This document shows, in pieces, positions 26,009 through 38,282 of a DNA stretch of 64,000 nt. The DNA is from Balanoglossus misakiensis. Taxonomy: Eukaryota > Animalia > Hemichordata. The notes under the pieces are model-generated. The model worked only from the letters and a program-made list of their open reading frames with translations, did no database searches and was not told where the DNA came from. Within the stretch, counting starts at the first letter, position 1. The number at the start of each line of letters is the position of its first letter. Where the stretch lies: NCBI GenBank assembly GCA_040954595.2, contig CM082589.2, positions 248,001-312,000 of the forward strand, read 5' to 3'. A program made the position numbers and the translations under genes.

Positions 26009-29000
26009 ATGCTGCCTGCTAAACGAGTGAAGAAAATCGTCAAAATTTTGGTGGTGGTGTTTTGTTTGAACGTTGCTTGGATGGTATACAAAATCGACAA
26101 AAATGAAGAAAGTCTTGCTGATGACGCCAAGACCCACGAAATGCTTGTTCGAAATAGCAAAATTAATGAACTAGCAACGCGAAGTGCTGACAAAAATGTC
26201 AATCAAGACCAAGCTGCGAACGAGGATGCTGGCAAGCCTGAAGAACCGAAAAAGCCTCACTTTGAAATTTTACGCAACCATCCAGACATTTGTGGAAAAG
26301 TCTCCGATTTGCAGTTGGTGATTTTAGTCACAACAGCGCCACATCAAGTCAGATTGAGAGATGCCGTCCGAAAGACATGGGCAGGGTCCCTGAAAGAGAA
26401 AAATAACAATGTTGTAATTCTTTTTTTCTCTGGAAAATCATCGAAGAAAAACGAGGAGACACAGCTAGGGGATGAAAGTAAAGTGTACAATGACATTCTG
26501 CAAATAAACGTGATAGAAAGTCAACGAAACGAATCTTTAAAACTGATTGGCAGCTTGCAGTGGGTGACCGAATTCTGTTCCAACGCACGATTTTTGTTGA
26601 AAGTCTCCGATAGGATGCTGCTTGTCAGCGATTTCATCCTCAATTACGTCAAAGATAAAGAGAACAATGGCTTAGCTATGGGCAGTTTGAAATCTGACGT
26701 GAAACCAAACAGAAATCCTGAAAGTAAGCTGTATGTCTCCGAAGCAGAATGGCCGGAAAGTCCATACCCACCTTTCCTGCAAACCCCCGTTTGTCTGCTT
26801 TCATCTGATGTGGTCAAGAACGCATATGAGAAAAGTTCTTCGGTAAAACCATTCCCGCTTGATGACGTGTACTTAGGATTGCTCCTGCAGAACATAGGAG
26901 TAGTCCCCCAGAACCACGCGGGATTTAATCTTGGCTATGTCAACAAGCCAATTGAAGACTTATCAGGGGTCTGCACAGAAAAAGAAGAATTTGTCTGGGG
27001 GTTTTCTGGTCCTGATCAAATCCGCGCCGAATGGGAAAAGACGGGAGACCAGATATGTAAAGCTGCACCACCCAAGACCAAACCAGAACCTCAGATTATT
27101 GATGACAATGGAAATTACAAATTCATCACAAACCATACGAAACTGTGTTCCGAAATGGAGATCCATGTAAGAGTGTCATTGCTGATTTTCATCATCTCTG
27201 ATCCAGAGTCTGATGGACGTCGTGTGGCCATCAGAGAGACGTGGGCGGCGTACTCCAAGAAACTGCCGGGTAGGCGCGTGCAAGTCGTCTTTATTGTGGG
27301 ACTCTCATCCGACGAAGCAGTCAACGACAAGGTGTTGCTAGAGAACAAGAAATACCAAGATCTGGTCATCGTCAACATTGTGACTCCAAATAGGCGCAGA
27401 ACAGCTATGCTACTGATGGCGTTCGAATGGGTCAACTCATTCTGTCAGCGGGCGCAGTGGGTCCTGAAAACTGAAGATCACGTGATGGTGAACATAGACA
27501 ACGTCATGAGGTACATAGATACACTACCAATCATGAGAGTCATTGTTGGCAAAATTATTGAAGAGGAGGCCCCCGTGCGTGAACAGAATGACCTCAGATA
27601 TATCAGCGAATCCGTCTTTCCAGACTCCGTGTATCCACCTTATCCCGATAGCTCTGCCTACCTGATGGCACAAGACATTGCAAGAGACATATTCCCAACT
27701 TTGCAACAGAAAAAGAATTTCCCTCATGACGACATCTTCTTTGGCGTGGCAGCGAAAGCAAATGGTTTCCAGATGACCAAGCACGAGGGATTCTATGTGG
27801 GTGAGGAACAACGTTCCATGTGTGATCTGAAATTCCTGTTGGTCTCAACCGTTCCCACAAATAACCTAGTGGTCAATTTGTATCTTTACTGGCGGGAATG
27901 GCAGTGGTCAGAATTCGAGGACTGTGTTGAAGATAGTTCAAGTTTCTCTCACTTGTCTTACGATAACAAGGCAGTCGAGGGCGCGTTCATTCCAATCACT
28001 GATGGCGCAGTCTCCAAACCACACAGCTTCGACTTCAGACTGAACCATCCGGACAAGTGTAAAGAAACTGGTGACGTGTTTCTTTTCGCTGGTATACTCT
28101 CATCGCCTGCCAACGCATCGACTCGCAACTCTATCCGGGAGACTTGGGGGCGCTATTACCACGTGCCAGGCGAACAGAAAATGGTAGCGTTCTTCCTATT
28201 GGCCATCCCACCTGGTGACAGTGAGTTGCAGACTGCAGTGGATGAAGAAAATGCCAAATATGGAGACATCCTGCAACAGACCTTCATGGAGAGTTATGAC
28301 CATTTGGTGCTGAAAACATTAATGCTCTACCGATATGTTGCCGAGTACTGTCAAGATGCCAAGTATGTTTTGAAAATCGATGAAGACGTATTCTTGCACA
28401 CCGAAAATATGATGGAATATTTGAAAAACGCGCCAAGGACTGACTTCTATCTGGGAGATGCACTGATTGGCACAGAGCCATTACGTGTCATTGAAAACAA
28501 GTGGTACACCCCGAGACACGTATGGCCACATGATACCTACCCGACCTACAACGCTGGACCAGCATACTTGATGTCTGGTGATCTAGCATTGAAAGTCTAT
28601 GAAGCATCCTGTCACTCAAAACCATTCCGATGGGAAGATCTGTACGTGGGTATCCTGGTTGCCAGCGTTGGGGGCGCACCACTTCCCCATAACCACTTCG
28701 ACATGCATGGTATGTACCGCCACCGATGTTCAGTCCGCCAATCACTGGTCTCCCATCACATGCACACTGTCATGTACTACCGCTATTGGATACAGATGTC
28801 ACACCTGGACTCCAACAACGCATGTGATGCACCATTGCACGTCAGAAAAGACCCCATTGGCTCTCGCCCAGCCGGTGACGCCATCGCAAATGTGGATTGG
28901 ACGAGACTTGACCAGTACAAGTGTCATCAATACAAAAATGAGCTGAAAAATCCAATATTTCTCCTGGTATTGATACAATCGCAAACGCTGGATTATGTCG

Positions 29001-29752
29001 TTCGTAAATGGCTGCGGACCACTTGGGCAACTTCTGGTATTGTTCAGGACAAGCGAATACTGTTGTATTTTATGGTCCAAAAGACGTCAGACCAGAATGT
29101 CATGATGTATTTAAAGAACGAACATCGAATGTTCTTGGATGTCATTGTCGTCGACAACGATGACCCGGATTATGCTGGCAAGGACGCGATTTTACAGGCC
29201 ATTACGTGGACCAATAAGAACTGTCTTGATGTGGAATACGTCATGGTGACGAAACAACCTATGTACGTCGACTTCGATAACGTCATCAATTACTTGCAAA
29301 GCGCCAGTATGCCCAAGAAGCTCATGCTTGGCAAAGTGGTCGAAAATCAAAAACCGTCACGTGACCCTACCAGTGACCAATACGTATCAGAAGATGATTG
29401 GCCATCTGAATATTTCCCTCCTTACTGCAACCCCAAAGCTTTCTTGATGTCAAAATTTGTGGTCAAGGGTTTGTACAAGTCATCAAAAATCGTCAAACCT
29501 ATTGCAAATTCTGAAGCCTACTTGGGAATTCTTCTATCAACGCTTCTTGTTTCGCCGACCAACCACGAAGGTTTCGAGCTGGACGACCCCAAAGCAATCG
29601 ATCAGGTCTGCACGAAAGTTGACCTGCTGGCAGCAGACTACGTAGAGTGGGTATCCATGACAGATCTGCGCATGAGCGGCACTATGTTTAAAACATGTCC
29701 AAAAATGACAGGCTCGCGGAGATATAAAGACCTATTAAAATCACTTGAATAG
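26009..29752 (+). CDS. Type II membrane protein with four tandem GT31 (Galactosyl_T; B3GALT/B3GNT-like) domains, single coding exon, 1247 aa
   Basis: Basic N-tail plus TM helix (ILVVVFCLNVAWMVY). Four repeats of R-x-x-(I/V/L)R-x-TW ... (K)xDxD-equivalent ... YPPY ... (E/D)DxYxG. Splice acceptor at ~25880 in the 5'UTR. Confidence 0.9.
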   Translation: MLPAKRVKKIVKILVVVFCLNVAWMVYKIDKNEESLADDAKTHEMLVRNSKINELATRSADKNVNQDQAANEDAGKPEEPKKPHFEILRNHPDICGKVSDLQLVILVTTAPHQVRLRDAVRKTWAGSLKEKNNNVVILFFSGKSSKKNEETQLGDESKVYNDILQINVIESQRNESLKLIGSLQWVTEFCSNARFLLKVSDRMLLVSDFILNYVKDKENNGLAMGSLKSDVKPNRNPESKLYVSEAEWPESPYPPFLQTPVCLLSSDVVKNAYEKSSSVKPFPLDDVYLGLLLQNIGVVPQNHAGFNLGYVNKPIEDLSGVCTEKEEFVWGFSGPDQIRAEWEKTGDQICKAAPPKTKPEPQIIDDNGNYKFITNHTKLCSEMEIHVRVSLLIFIISDPESDGRRVAIRETWAAYSKKLPGRRVQVVFIVGLSSDEAVNDKVLLENKKYQDLVIVNIVTPNRRRTAMLLMAFEWVNSFCQRAQWVLKTEDHVMVNIDNVMRYIDTLPIMRVIVGKIIEEEAPVREQNDLRYISESVFPDSVYPPYPDSSAYLMAQDIARDIFPTLQQKKNFPHDDIFFGVAAKANGFQMTKHEGFYVGEEQRSMCDLKFLLVSTVPTNNLVVNLYLYWREWQWSEFEDCVEDSSSFSHLSYDNKAVEGAFIPITDGAVSKPHSFDFRLNHPDKCKETGDVFLFAGILSSPANASTRNSIRETWGRYYHVPGEQKMVAFFLLAIPPGDSELQTAVDEENAKYGDILQQTFMESYDHLVLKTLMLYRYVAEYCQDAKYVLKIDEDVFLHTENMMEYLKNAPRTDFYLGDALIGTEPLRVIENKWYTPRHVWPHDTYPTYNAGPAYLMSGDLALKVYEASCHSKPFRWEDLYVGILVASVGGAPLPHNHFDMHGMYRHRCSVRQSLVSHHMHTVMYYRYWIQMSHLDSNNACDAPLHVRKDPIGSRPAGDAIANVDWTRLDQYKCHQYKNELKNPIFLLVLIQSQTLDYVVRKWLRTTWATSGIVQDKRILLYFMVQKTSDQNVMMYLKNEHRMFLDVIVVDNDDPDYAGKDAILQAITWTNKNCLDVEYVMVTKQPMYVDFDNVINYLQSASMPKKLMLGKVVENQKPSRDPTSDQYVSEDDWPSEYFPPYCNPKAFLMSKFVVKGLYKSSKIVKPIANSEAYLGILLSTLLVSPTNHEGFELDDPKAIDQVCTKVDLLAADYVEWVSMTDLRMSGTMFKTCPKMTGSRRYKDLLKSLE

Positions 29753-32700
29753 ACCAGAAAGAATGTGATTACTGTCTGTGGGGACAAGTCAAAACGAACC
29801 AGACTTTTGTAGCAATGTTGACTTTATTTTTGTTTGAAATTCAGAAACAAATTTTAGGACTTTCAACGGAAGAACACTGCCACCCATAAAGTTGCCAACT
29901 TACTTGTGGGTTTCAACCATCACATGCCTAGTCACATTGAAACAAGATACAATAAGTATGCGCGCTTCCACTCAGTTTGTTCAAACTAATATGTTTCTCG
30001 TCTTGTCTGTGATTGTGAAAAATTATAAAAATTAGGAAAACTTTGTTTGTGAATATATTAAGTTTCTGTAAATCTTGACAATAGATTAACTAATATAGTA
30101 TTACTTGCAAGTTTTGAAATTCGGGGAAATGTGACAATTGTTTACGTCGATTGCACCGTTGTTATCTGTGGGGTGGTTGTATTAGGGTGAGGGTGGGGGA
30201 GAGATGTCTTTTTCACTTTTATTGAGCATTCCAGAAATTGCCGAAAAAATTATCTTATTGCTGTCTATTGTCGAGGATTCGTTTACTGTTTAGAATTCAC
30301 CATTTGGGACAGAAATTATGCAAACTCTTCCGTTCAAACTTTGCTAAATCTGTTTAATGTAGCTAACATTAACAAGAATTTATTTGTGAAATATTTTCTA
30401 ATTTTCCCTGATAGCATGTTCTTATTTTCTGTGATACTTTATGTGCATGCTACATGCAAGCAAGAATTATGTACATGAAAACTGTTCTCTTTAGTACGGT
30501 TGTATTTTCATGGGAAAAAAATACTGTATATAATAAACCCGTCAAATTTGAAACTGAGCTTTTTGTTTTGCCTTTTTACTTTGTCGGTGAATATGTACAT
30601 GGTATGGCTAGTCGGTGCTGTTCTGGTGGTTCTGTTGGGGGCGCCTTTTACCCCCATTATATTTGCGCCAATTTCCATCACCTCCAACGTGATTGTCCTC
30701 TGATCCAGCAGAGCCCGAGTTTCTTATCAGTTGGCTTTGTGTCTTTGCTTTGTGTTTGAAAAAAAAAACATGATGGTAATCACCCGCAGATATATCCGAC
30801 CACACTGGGCTCATTTATATGCAGCATAATTTCCAAATCGTCCTTGAGCAATGTTTATGCACGGTATAAGTCACAAGAGTTGAACGTGGCTTAAGTTACA
30901 AAAGAAAACGTGCTATTGTCCGCATCCGTCTCTTTTGTATAGGTATCCAAATCAGGTTGCACACTTACATAATATCAGATCATTCTCATGTAAATTTAAG
31001 TAGGTCCAATATTTTTGACCATGCACAAACTAATTACTAGGTGTTCCCTGTGAAAAACGGCCAATGCTCCTTTGATTACATTATGTAACTGGTACTCTCT
31101 GACATGGGAAGTTTTGTCATTGTTTCTTTTGTATAGACTGGTATTTTCTGTGTGAAGTATGCACACCGTCGTCGCTGAGTATGGCGAAGCGACATGCCCA
31201 TCCCCTCCGACGAAGACGCACTGTAGTTGACGCATTCAGAACTTTGTGATAGCTTGACCACGTCAGTCGCACCTGTTGACATGTCGATGGAAGTCCTACC
31301 GAGGTCTGTGAATTGGGAAGTCGAACCACAGTCTCTCTGTGCCGCAAAATGAAACTGAAGCCTTCCTAAAGCGAGGTGAGTTGAATCTTTGTATTGTTAT
31401 GGTAAAGACTCTGACATTGACTACATGACGTAAGAATGTTTGAACACTTTCACTTCTGGATGTAGACGTAAATCCATCCTTACTGAAGTCATCACGGCCT
31501 CACTTCCGACCATAATGGCGCAGTCACACTCAGCACAATTGACCTTGTAAGATAATCGCGATATGTGTCACTCGTATAAAAGAAAGTGGGAATCTCTCCG
31601 CAACAACTTTTCGTTATGTGTGTGTGGGGGGACTTTGAGTGAATTACATCGCGCATGTCGACGGTGTGAGACGTCACACGCATATATTTACAGTACGCGT
31701 ACGGCGGTGCCATTTTCAAAACGTTTTCAGTTGGGTGTAGAATTTGTCCTGGAATTGTTCTGCCCTAGCGGATGGGGTGCACTGATCAGATTTCAAACCA
31801 TACACGGTACCCATACAAGGTATGTGTTTCGGCTTTTTTGATAATTGTCTTCTTCGTTATCATCGAATAACTTCCGTTATTCGTACAATGCCTCTTTTTC
31901 TCGCACTTCACCGTGGATCAGACGTTAAAACGCGGACTTGCGAGAACGGAAGACTCCCTGAATTCAATAATGAACACTAAATAAATTCAACAACGGAATA
32001 AATGTAACTTTTAGGACTGTCGAAGGTTTTGGATCCCGGATTTCGAAACATTCGCAAAACGGCTGACCTACACAAAAAACCGCACGCAAACACGACGTGT
32101 ATTATATTCACAGAATGCCACATCGATCCATCAGACAGACCGACAGTCCATGTGTCGTATGCTACCCATATGCTCTGCCAATGTTTTTTCTATTGGGACT
32201 AAAGATCCAATGGTTTTGATATTTAGATTTCAAAATGGACTCGGACACCCATCCATCCGGTCTTTTCACTCGTACTGTGAAATAAACTTCTGGTGTTTCA
32301 GAAACGCATCTCTGACGAAAATTAATGCTTCAGTTTTGAATAACTGGATAATTTTTCCAGCCGGCAGTCGCGGGTGAACAATAATTAGCATACTCTCTGG
32401 GTGACATTAAATACGGATGAGTAGGTTTCGTACATACTGTTAACCACTTTATGAAGTTGTCAGTCATCATTTGATCTCCTTTTTTTTTTACAAAATGCGA
32501 CTGCGTTAACACTTCTCACACCCCCTATACATCCCTTGTATCATTTATCACTCCACAAAGGCCAAATGATTTGGTCTCTCCTTTAAGTATTTCTTGGGGG
32601 TCTCTTTTAGCGGCCTTCACCATCGACAAAACACTTAGATACATGGTGAGAAAGGATACACGAAAGTGATGATAACGATTCAAAAGATATTTGGCTGCAT

Positions 32701-33775
32701 AGCGAGTTTGTCTACTCACTTCTCGATACACATTTCATCACGTTGCAAATCACAGCATCAGAAAGAACCGTCAATACAGGGTTTTGTATCCTCTTACATG
32801 GATATAAAATTTCAAACGTCTTTGCATCCCTAGCGATGGAAACCTCTAAGGGGCTCACATTTTCTTTGACAAAATGGAGCACATTCTAGAAATCCAAGAG
32901 ACGTGGCTCAAATTCATCATTGCTTGTCACAGATCACCTTTCCCTGTCGAGGTCATAAATGATGACAACCTGGACGGGTGACTTGTTATTTGATATACGC
33001 GGATTAGATTCATGGGACCCGACTTCACATGCCAACGTGGCAGTCACTCTCGCGGGTCGCCGTGTAATGACCTTGTTCGACTTCAGTGTTTCTCCGGTGG
33101 TTAAATGTCCAGGCGGTAACTGTCTTAGAACCGAAAAGCAATGTTGCAAAACGCGAACACCAAACCATAAGATTGGAATCATTCAATATAGCTGAAAATT
33201 GCACGGAATTTAAAGTAGAATCGAAAATCATTGCTGATTCGACTTTGCATTCTTGAAGTCACACGACTTGTAAACTCATGAATATTACAAAGTGTCAATC
33301 AAAAGTATCTACCGAGTGCGCATGTTTTAACTGGCAACTCAGCGTTATGCAAACATATCTGGCAATCCAGGCATATTGTAACAGAGCCTGAGAAATTTGA
33401 ACCGGAATAGTATGGAATTGCTCCTTACAAAGACAAGCATTATTTCTCTGTAACGTCCTGCCTTCACAGTCAAAGCCAGAGTGTCTAGGTACGTAGTATT
33501 AAAACAGTATTGTTTTAACTACTTAATTATTCATATTTCAAGTGTTATCCTGCTATTGTATCTAAGGCGACTTATTAAATGTCATTTTATAGTTTAGTTG
33601 TGTACAAACTGCAATGTGTAATTGTAACAAACATATGTACAAACTTTTATGCGCTCTTGTCTTTTTACAAAATGTTGACCGTTTTCTCTGACTTTTACAG
33701 GAAGAGCTCGGATCGTTGAGGAATGGTTCACTGAGCAGACGCTTTCAACTTCCAAGTCTTAAGTTCGACATCGGG

Positions 33776-36700
33776 ATGACGAGACGATGGCCGATTCGCT
33801 GGTCGGGTGTGCGAGATTGGATTACCGTCTTGCTTTTGCTGTGTCTGCTGAACGGCATGGTGTTATTCTATCAAACACAGACACAACCATCTCGCCAGGT
33901 GAACAGACAGATAAAAGACCCTGGGGGTATTGTTCCCCGATTTGCCAGAGACGTGAGCAAATACAGCGTTATCCAAGGAAAGAACTTCAACGGCAGTCTT
34001 GTTAAACCGGGATTTCGACCGCCATTTAGAGCATGGATACCGGTCAACCAAACCAACTCAAGCCGCGCCGTGGCGTGGGACGACTGGACCGTGGCTTACA
34101 GACGAACTCACTTCGTAATCAACAATCTGGACATCTGTAGGAACTTGAAAACGCTGAATCTTCTTGTCTTGGTCACGTCGCGGTCAGAAAATAGATCGAA
34201 ACGAGATGTCATCAGAGAGACTTGGGCCAAATACCTCAGGCAGAGGAGCTTAAACGCACTTATCGTGTTTGTTATCAGCGAAAATTTAGATAAACATACG
34301 CAGACTATGATAAACGATGAACATTTTGAAGAAAATGATTTAATACAAATGAAAACAATAGGAGAATTTAGAAATGGGACATCTTTGCTAATAGGAATAC
34401 TGGAATGGACCTACGAATTTTGTTCGAACGCGAGATATCTACTTAGAATTGATGACAGTATGGTTGTTGTTAATGATGACATCATCACCTACTTAAAATT
34501 CGAAGAAAGGAACCTGGTCGCTTTGGGAAATCTGGTTGAGAACTCCAAACCCGACAGGAACCCGGAAAGTGAATGGTACGTAAGCGAAGATGAGTGGCCA
34601 GAGCCAATATTCCCGCCATATTTACTCTTTCCTGCCTACCTGTTATCAGCAGACGCCGCCAGACAGGCTTTTATGGCCAGCTTTCATGTCAAACCGTTTC
34701 GATTTGAAGACATTTACCTGTCGACTTTGCTGCACGTCTCCGGAACGCGTCCCCAGTCACATCCGGGGTTTGCTTGTAATCTCCAAGGCAACGAAATACC
34801 GATCGGGAAACTGGCAAATATCTGCCTGACGAGGCAAGAGTTTGTATGGGGATCTTTTGACGCTCTACAAATGACACGTATATGGAACGAAATAAAACTT
34901 TCTGCCTGCAAAAATGATTATGGAAAATATGCCGAAGAAAAGGTGTCTCTCCAAGTTGTTGGCGATACTCATATAGTCAACCAATTTGACTACAAGCTTA
35001 TCTCGCCACACCCGGCATTCTGTACAGGCTACCCACCGCCTAAAGTGAAACCGGATCTTCCTTTATTAATTTTGACACTCTCTGCCGCAGAATCAGAAGA
35101 CAATCGTCTGGCAATTCGGGAAACCTGGGGAAGGCATATCGCCAAGGTATCCGGGAAACCAGCCAAACTATTCCTGGTCGGAATTTCGGAAAATGAAGAA
35201 ATCAACGATAAGTTGATGAAGGAAGATAAGAGGTATGGTGACCTACTCATCGTTGACATAGCAACAACGAATAAACACAAAACTTTGCTGACGATGGTCG
35301 GTCTACAGTGGGCTCATTTACATTGCTCAAATGCCCGTTATATTATGAAAACTGACGACCACATTTTCATCAACATCGACAACGTCATGAGATATATTGA
35401 CGAAGCCCCGAACGAGAAACTTGTCGTTGGAGACGTCTTCGAAGACACGGCGCCTGTGCGGAGTTCTTCAAGTCCCTGGTTCGTCAGTAGAACTTTATAC
35501 CCGGATGAGACTTACCCACCCTACCCTAGTGGTATCGCCTTTATGATGTCATCAGATATGGTGCACACAATTTACCTGACTGCCAAGAACACTAAATTAT
35601 TCATCTTTGAAGACGTCTATATAGGTATGGTGTTGAAAAAATTGGAAATTCGACCGACGCCTCACCCGGGGTTTGATTCGAACGGAAAAGGGAGATCAAC
35701 TTGCGACTTGATCCATTTGCTGATATCCCGGTGTTCTTTGAGTGACCCTCCTGCTTTCATGTTTAAATACTGGCGAGAATGGCAGTGGTCGGAATTCGAG
35801 GAATGCGCAGACTCAGATTCGGAATTCGCTTACATTAAATATAAACCCCAAAACGTTTCTAATATAGATGTGAAAGGTCACGTATCGAAACCCCATAGCT
35901 TTGATTATGTTCTCAATCACCCGGATGCCTGTAACTATGACGACGGCGTCTTCGTACTGGTCGGCGTCCTCTCGTCTCCTTTTAATGTTAGTACGAGAGT
36001 TGCGATCAGAGAGACGTGGGGACGCTATTACCAAAGCGAATCGAGGACGCCACGGGTTAAAGTCCTATTTCTGCTCGGTTTACCCCCGAACGACAAAGAT
36101 CTGCAGGAGACTGTTGAAAAGGAAAACGAACAATATGGCGATATAATTCAACAGAGTTTCCTTGAAAGTTACGATCACTTAGTCTTAAAAAGCCTTCAAT
36201 TGGTCAGATACGTGGCTGAGTTTTGTCAAAACGCAAAATATGTCCTAAAAATTGATGATGACGTATTTCTGCATACCGATAATTTGGTGTCATTTTTAGA
36301 AAATGCACCGCGATCTGATTTCTATTTGGGTGACCCTCTTATCGGCACAGAACCTCTCCGATCAGTCCGCCATAAGTGGTACACACCTCGGCATGTGTGG
36401 TCAGAAGAGACATATCCGCCATATTGTGCGGGTCCGTCATATTTGCTCTCAGTGGATGTAGCGATGAAAATATACAAGGAGTCTTTTAAAGGCAAGCCTT
36501 TCCGTTGGGAGGATATGTACATCGGTATCTTAGCAACTGCTGTTGGGGTTGTGCCTTATCCCCAGATACATTTTGATATGGACGGTCTTTACAGAGACAG
36601 GTGCTCCCTGGGAACTTCTTTGGTTTCACATCACATGACCACTAACTCGTATTATCAATGGTGGGTCCAGCTTTCTCATCCTAGTGACGTCATCGACGAC

Positions 36701-37654
36701 ATGTGCGGCGCACTGCAGGACGAAGCTGGCGATAATGTGACAATGGCGTTACCCGGTTATTCAGTGAAACCTGTGAAGTGGGTTCATAATGAACCACACT
36801 CTTGTGAGTTTTACTCAAAACAGTCTAATCCCGTCTTCTTATTGGTCGTTGTCCGGACGACGGCGTATGACTACAGCAAGCGTAAATGGGAGCGACTCTG
36901 CCACATCTTTTCAAGAAAGGTCAAAGGTAAACAAGTTGTCGTCAGGTACATGATGAACTCTCCGACGGAAGTAAGTGTTCTGCGCTCTGTCCAAAACGAG
37001 AACAAAATGTTTCAAGATTTGTTATTTAATGAAGACAATACTACAAAATTTACGGATAAAACCGGTTTAATAGAAACTTTAAAATGGACTTATTTACACT
37101 GCCAGGAATACGAATACGCATTGTTCGTGGAAGACACAGTTTACATCCATTTAGAGAATGTTGTTTCATATCTGTTGGAAAATGGCAAATCCAAACGAAT
37201 TCTGGGTAAATTTCAAAGGCAAGTCCGGGTGTCTCGAAGCATTGATGACGATAATTACGTGGCAAGCAGTGATTGGTCGGAAGATGTCTTTCCTCCATAT
37301 TGTGACGAACGAGCTTTGATTTTCTCCAAGGACGCGTTAACAACAATTTATCAAGAATCATCCAAGATGGCGGTTCTCGTGAAAAATCCTGCCGCGTATG
37401 TGGGAATTTTGGCCAACAGAACATCTATTGAAGTTGTACACTTGGATAAGTTTTTACTGGACGGAACTGGAAAACCTAAACTGACCCAGTTCGGGAAAAC
37501 TATTGTAATGAAAGCTCCCGTGTGCCAGATGAATGAAATATTGACAACCGATATGGTACCGTGGGGCGCCATAGTCCAAAACTTGCTCAAAGGAAAATAT
37601 TTATCCTTGAACTGTGACAATCTTCCTTATTTGAAACGCATTGTTAACAAATAA
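33776..37654 (+). CDS. Paralogous type II membrane protein with four tandem GT31 domains, single coding exon
   Basis: Acceptor at 33700, first in-frame ATG 33776 (ORF track starts at TTG 33716). TM helix WITVLLLLCLLNGMVLFY. Four IRETW-type repeats collinear with the 26009 gene; domain 3 has KIDDDVF and FRWEDMYIG. Confidence 0.9.
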   Translation: MTRRWPIRWSGVRDWITVLLLLCLLNGMVLFYQTQTQPSRQVNRQIKDPGGIVPRFARDVSKYSVIQGKNFNGSLVKPGFRPPFRAWIPVNQTNSSRAVAWDDWTVAYRRTHFVINNLDICRNLKTLNLLVLVTSRSENRSKRDVIRETWAKYLRQRSLNALIVFVISENLDKHTQTMINDEHFEENDLIQMKTIGEFRNGTSLLIGILEWTYEFCSNARYLLRIDDSMVVVNDDIITYLKFEERNLVALGNLVENSKPDRNPESEWYVSEDEWPEPIFPPYLLFPAYLLSADAARQAFMASFHVKPFRFEDIYLSTLLHVSGTRPQSHPGFACNLQGNEIPIGKLANICLTRQEFVWGSFDALQMTRIWNEIKLSACKNDYGKYAEEKVSLQVVGDTHIVNQFDYKLISPHPAFCTGYPPPKVKPDLPLLILTLSAAESEDNRLAIRETWGRHIAKVSGKPAKLFLVGISENEEINDKLMKEDKRYGDLLIVDIATTNKHKTLLTMVGLQWAHLHCSNARYIMKTDDHIFINIDNVMRYIDEAPNEKLVVGDVFEDTAPVRSSSSPWFVSRTLYPDETYPPYPSGIAFMMSSDMVHTIYLTAKNTKLFIFEDVYIGMVLKKLEIRPTPHPGFDSNGKGRSTCDLIHLLISRCSLSDPPAFMFKYWREWQWSEFEECADSDSEFAYIKYKPQNVSNIDVKGHVSKPHSFDYVLNHPDACNYDDGVFVLVGVLSSPFNVSTRVAIRETWGRYYQSESRTPRVKVLFLLGLPPNDKDLQETVEKENEQYGDIIQQSFLESYDHLVLKSLQLVRYVAEFCQNAKYVLKIDDDVFLHTDNLVSFLENAPRSDFYLGDPLIGTEPLRSVRHKWYTPRHVWSEETYPPYCAGPSYLLSVDVAMKIYKESFKGKPFRWEDMYIGILATAVGVVPYPQIHFDMDGLYRDRCSLGTSLVSHHMTTNSYYQWWVQLSHPSDVIDDMCGALQDEAGDNVTMALPGYSVKPVKWVHNEPHSCEFYSKQSNPVFLLVVVRTTAYDYSKRKWERLCHIFSRKVKGKQVVVRYMMNSPTEVSVLRSVQNENKMFQDLLFNEDNTTKFTDKTGLIETLKWTYLHCQEYEYALFVEDTVYIHLENVVSYLLENGKSKRILGKFQRQVRVSRSIDDDNYVASSDWSEDVFPPYCDERALIFSKDALTTIYQESSKMAVLVKNPAAYVGILANRTSIEVVHLDKFLLDGTGKPKLTQFGKTIVMKAPVCQMNEILTTDMVPWGAIVQNLLKGKYLSLNCDNLPYLKRIVNK

Positions 37655-38282
37655 TTCCACACTGATAGATTTTATCGTCGCGGTTTTCTATAAATTAAAG
37701 GGCCATTACGTAATTTAATCGTTGATATTTTTCTCAATAGTTTTGTTCTGTGTATAATCCAGATTTCTACATGATTGTAGTTATAACCACAAAATGCGAC
37801 ATAGTTTTACGTCAAATGTTTATTTTGTCGATCTGTAACGGAATTCATCAACTGAGATGAAAATGTCTACGTCACATCACGTGATAAATTCTCTGGCACC
37901 ACATTAGCTGTCTAAACTAAAGAACACTGCCATTTAAAACAAATCATGAAATTACTGTTGTTGTTGCAGATGTAATACTGAATTTTGTGGACGACCAATT
38001 CTATTAAAATTAAATGAAGGGATGACCATCCCTTCCTCATGATCACATTGTTCTTTGTATTCATACGGATCAGTCTCCGAGTGCAGCGGAAGCAGAGTGT
38101 AGGTGCCTTGAAAAAAAGTCCACAAATGTTTTGCTCAAGGTAACTAAACTTCTATTCGTCTATGATCTAAATAAAATACACAAGAAAAATAACATTTCTG
38201 AAAACACAGTTTTTCTGTGATAGCAACGAGTTCAATTTCGTCCATTTCGGTATGAAACTGACTGTAGGTTCTACTGAGGTTA

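Noticed and set aside
30454-33231. Short ORFs between the two GT31 genes, including a hydrophobic peptide at 30500-30703
   Set aside because: No recognisable domain or consistent exon chain; likely UTR, intron or promoter sequence.
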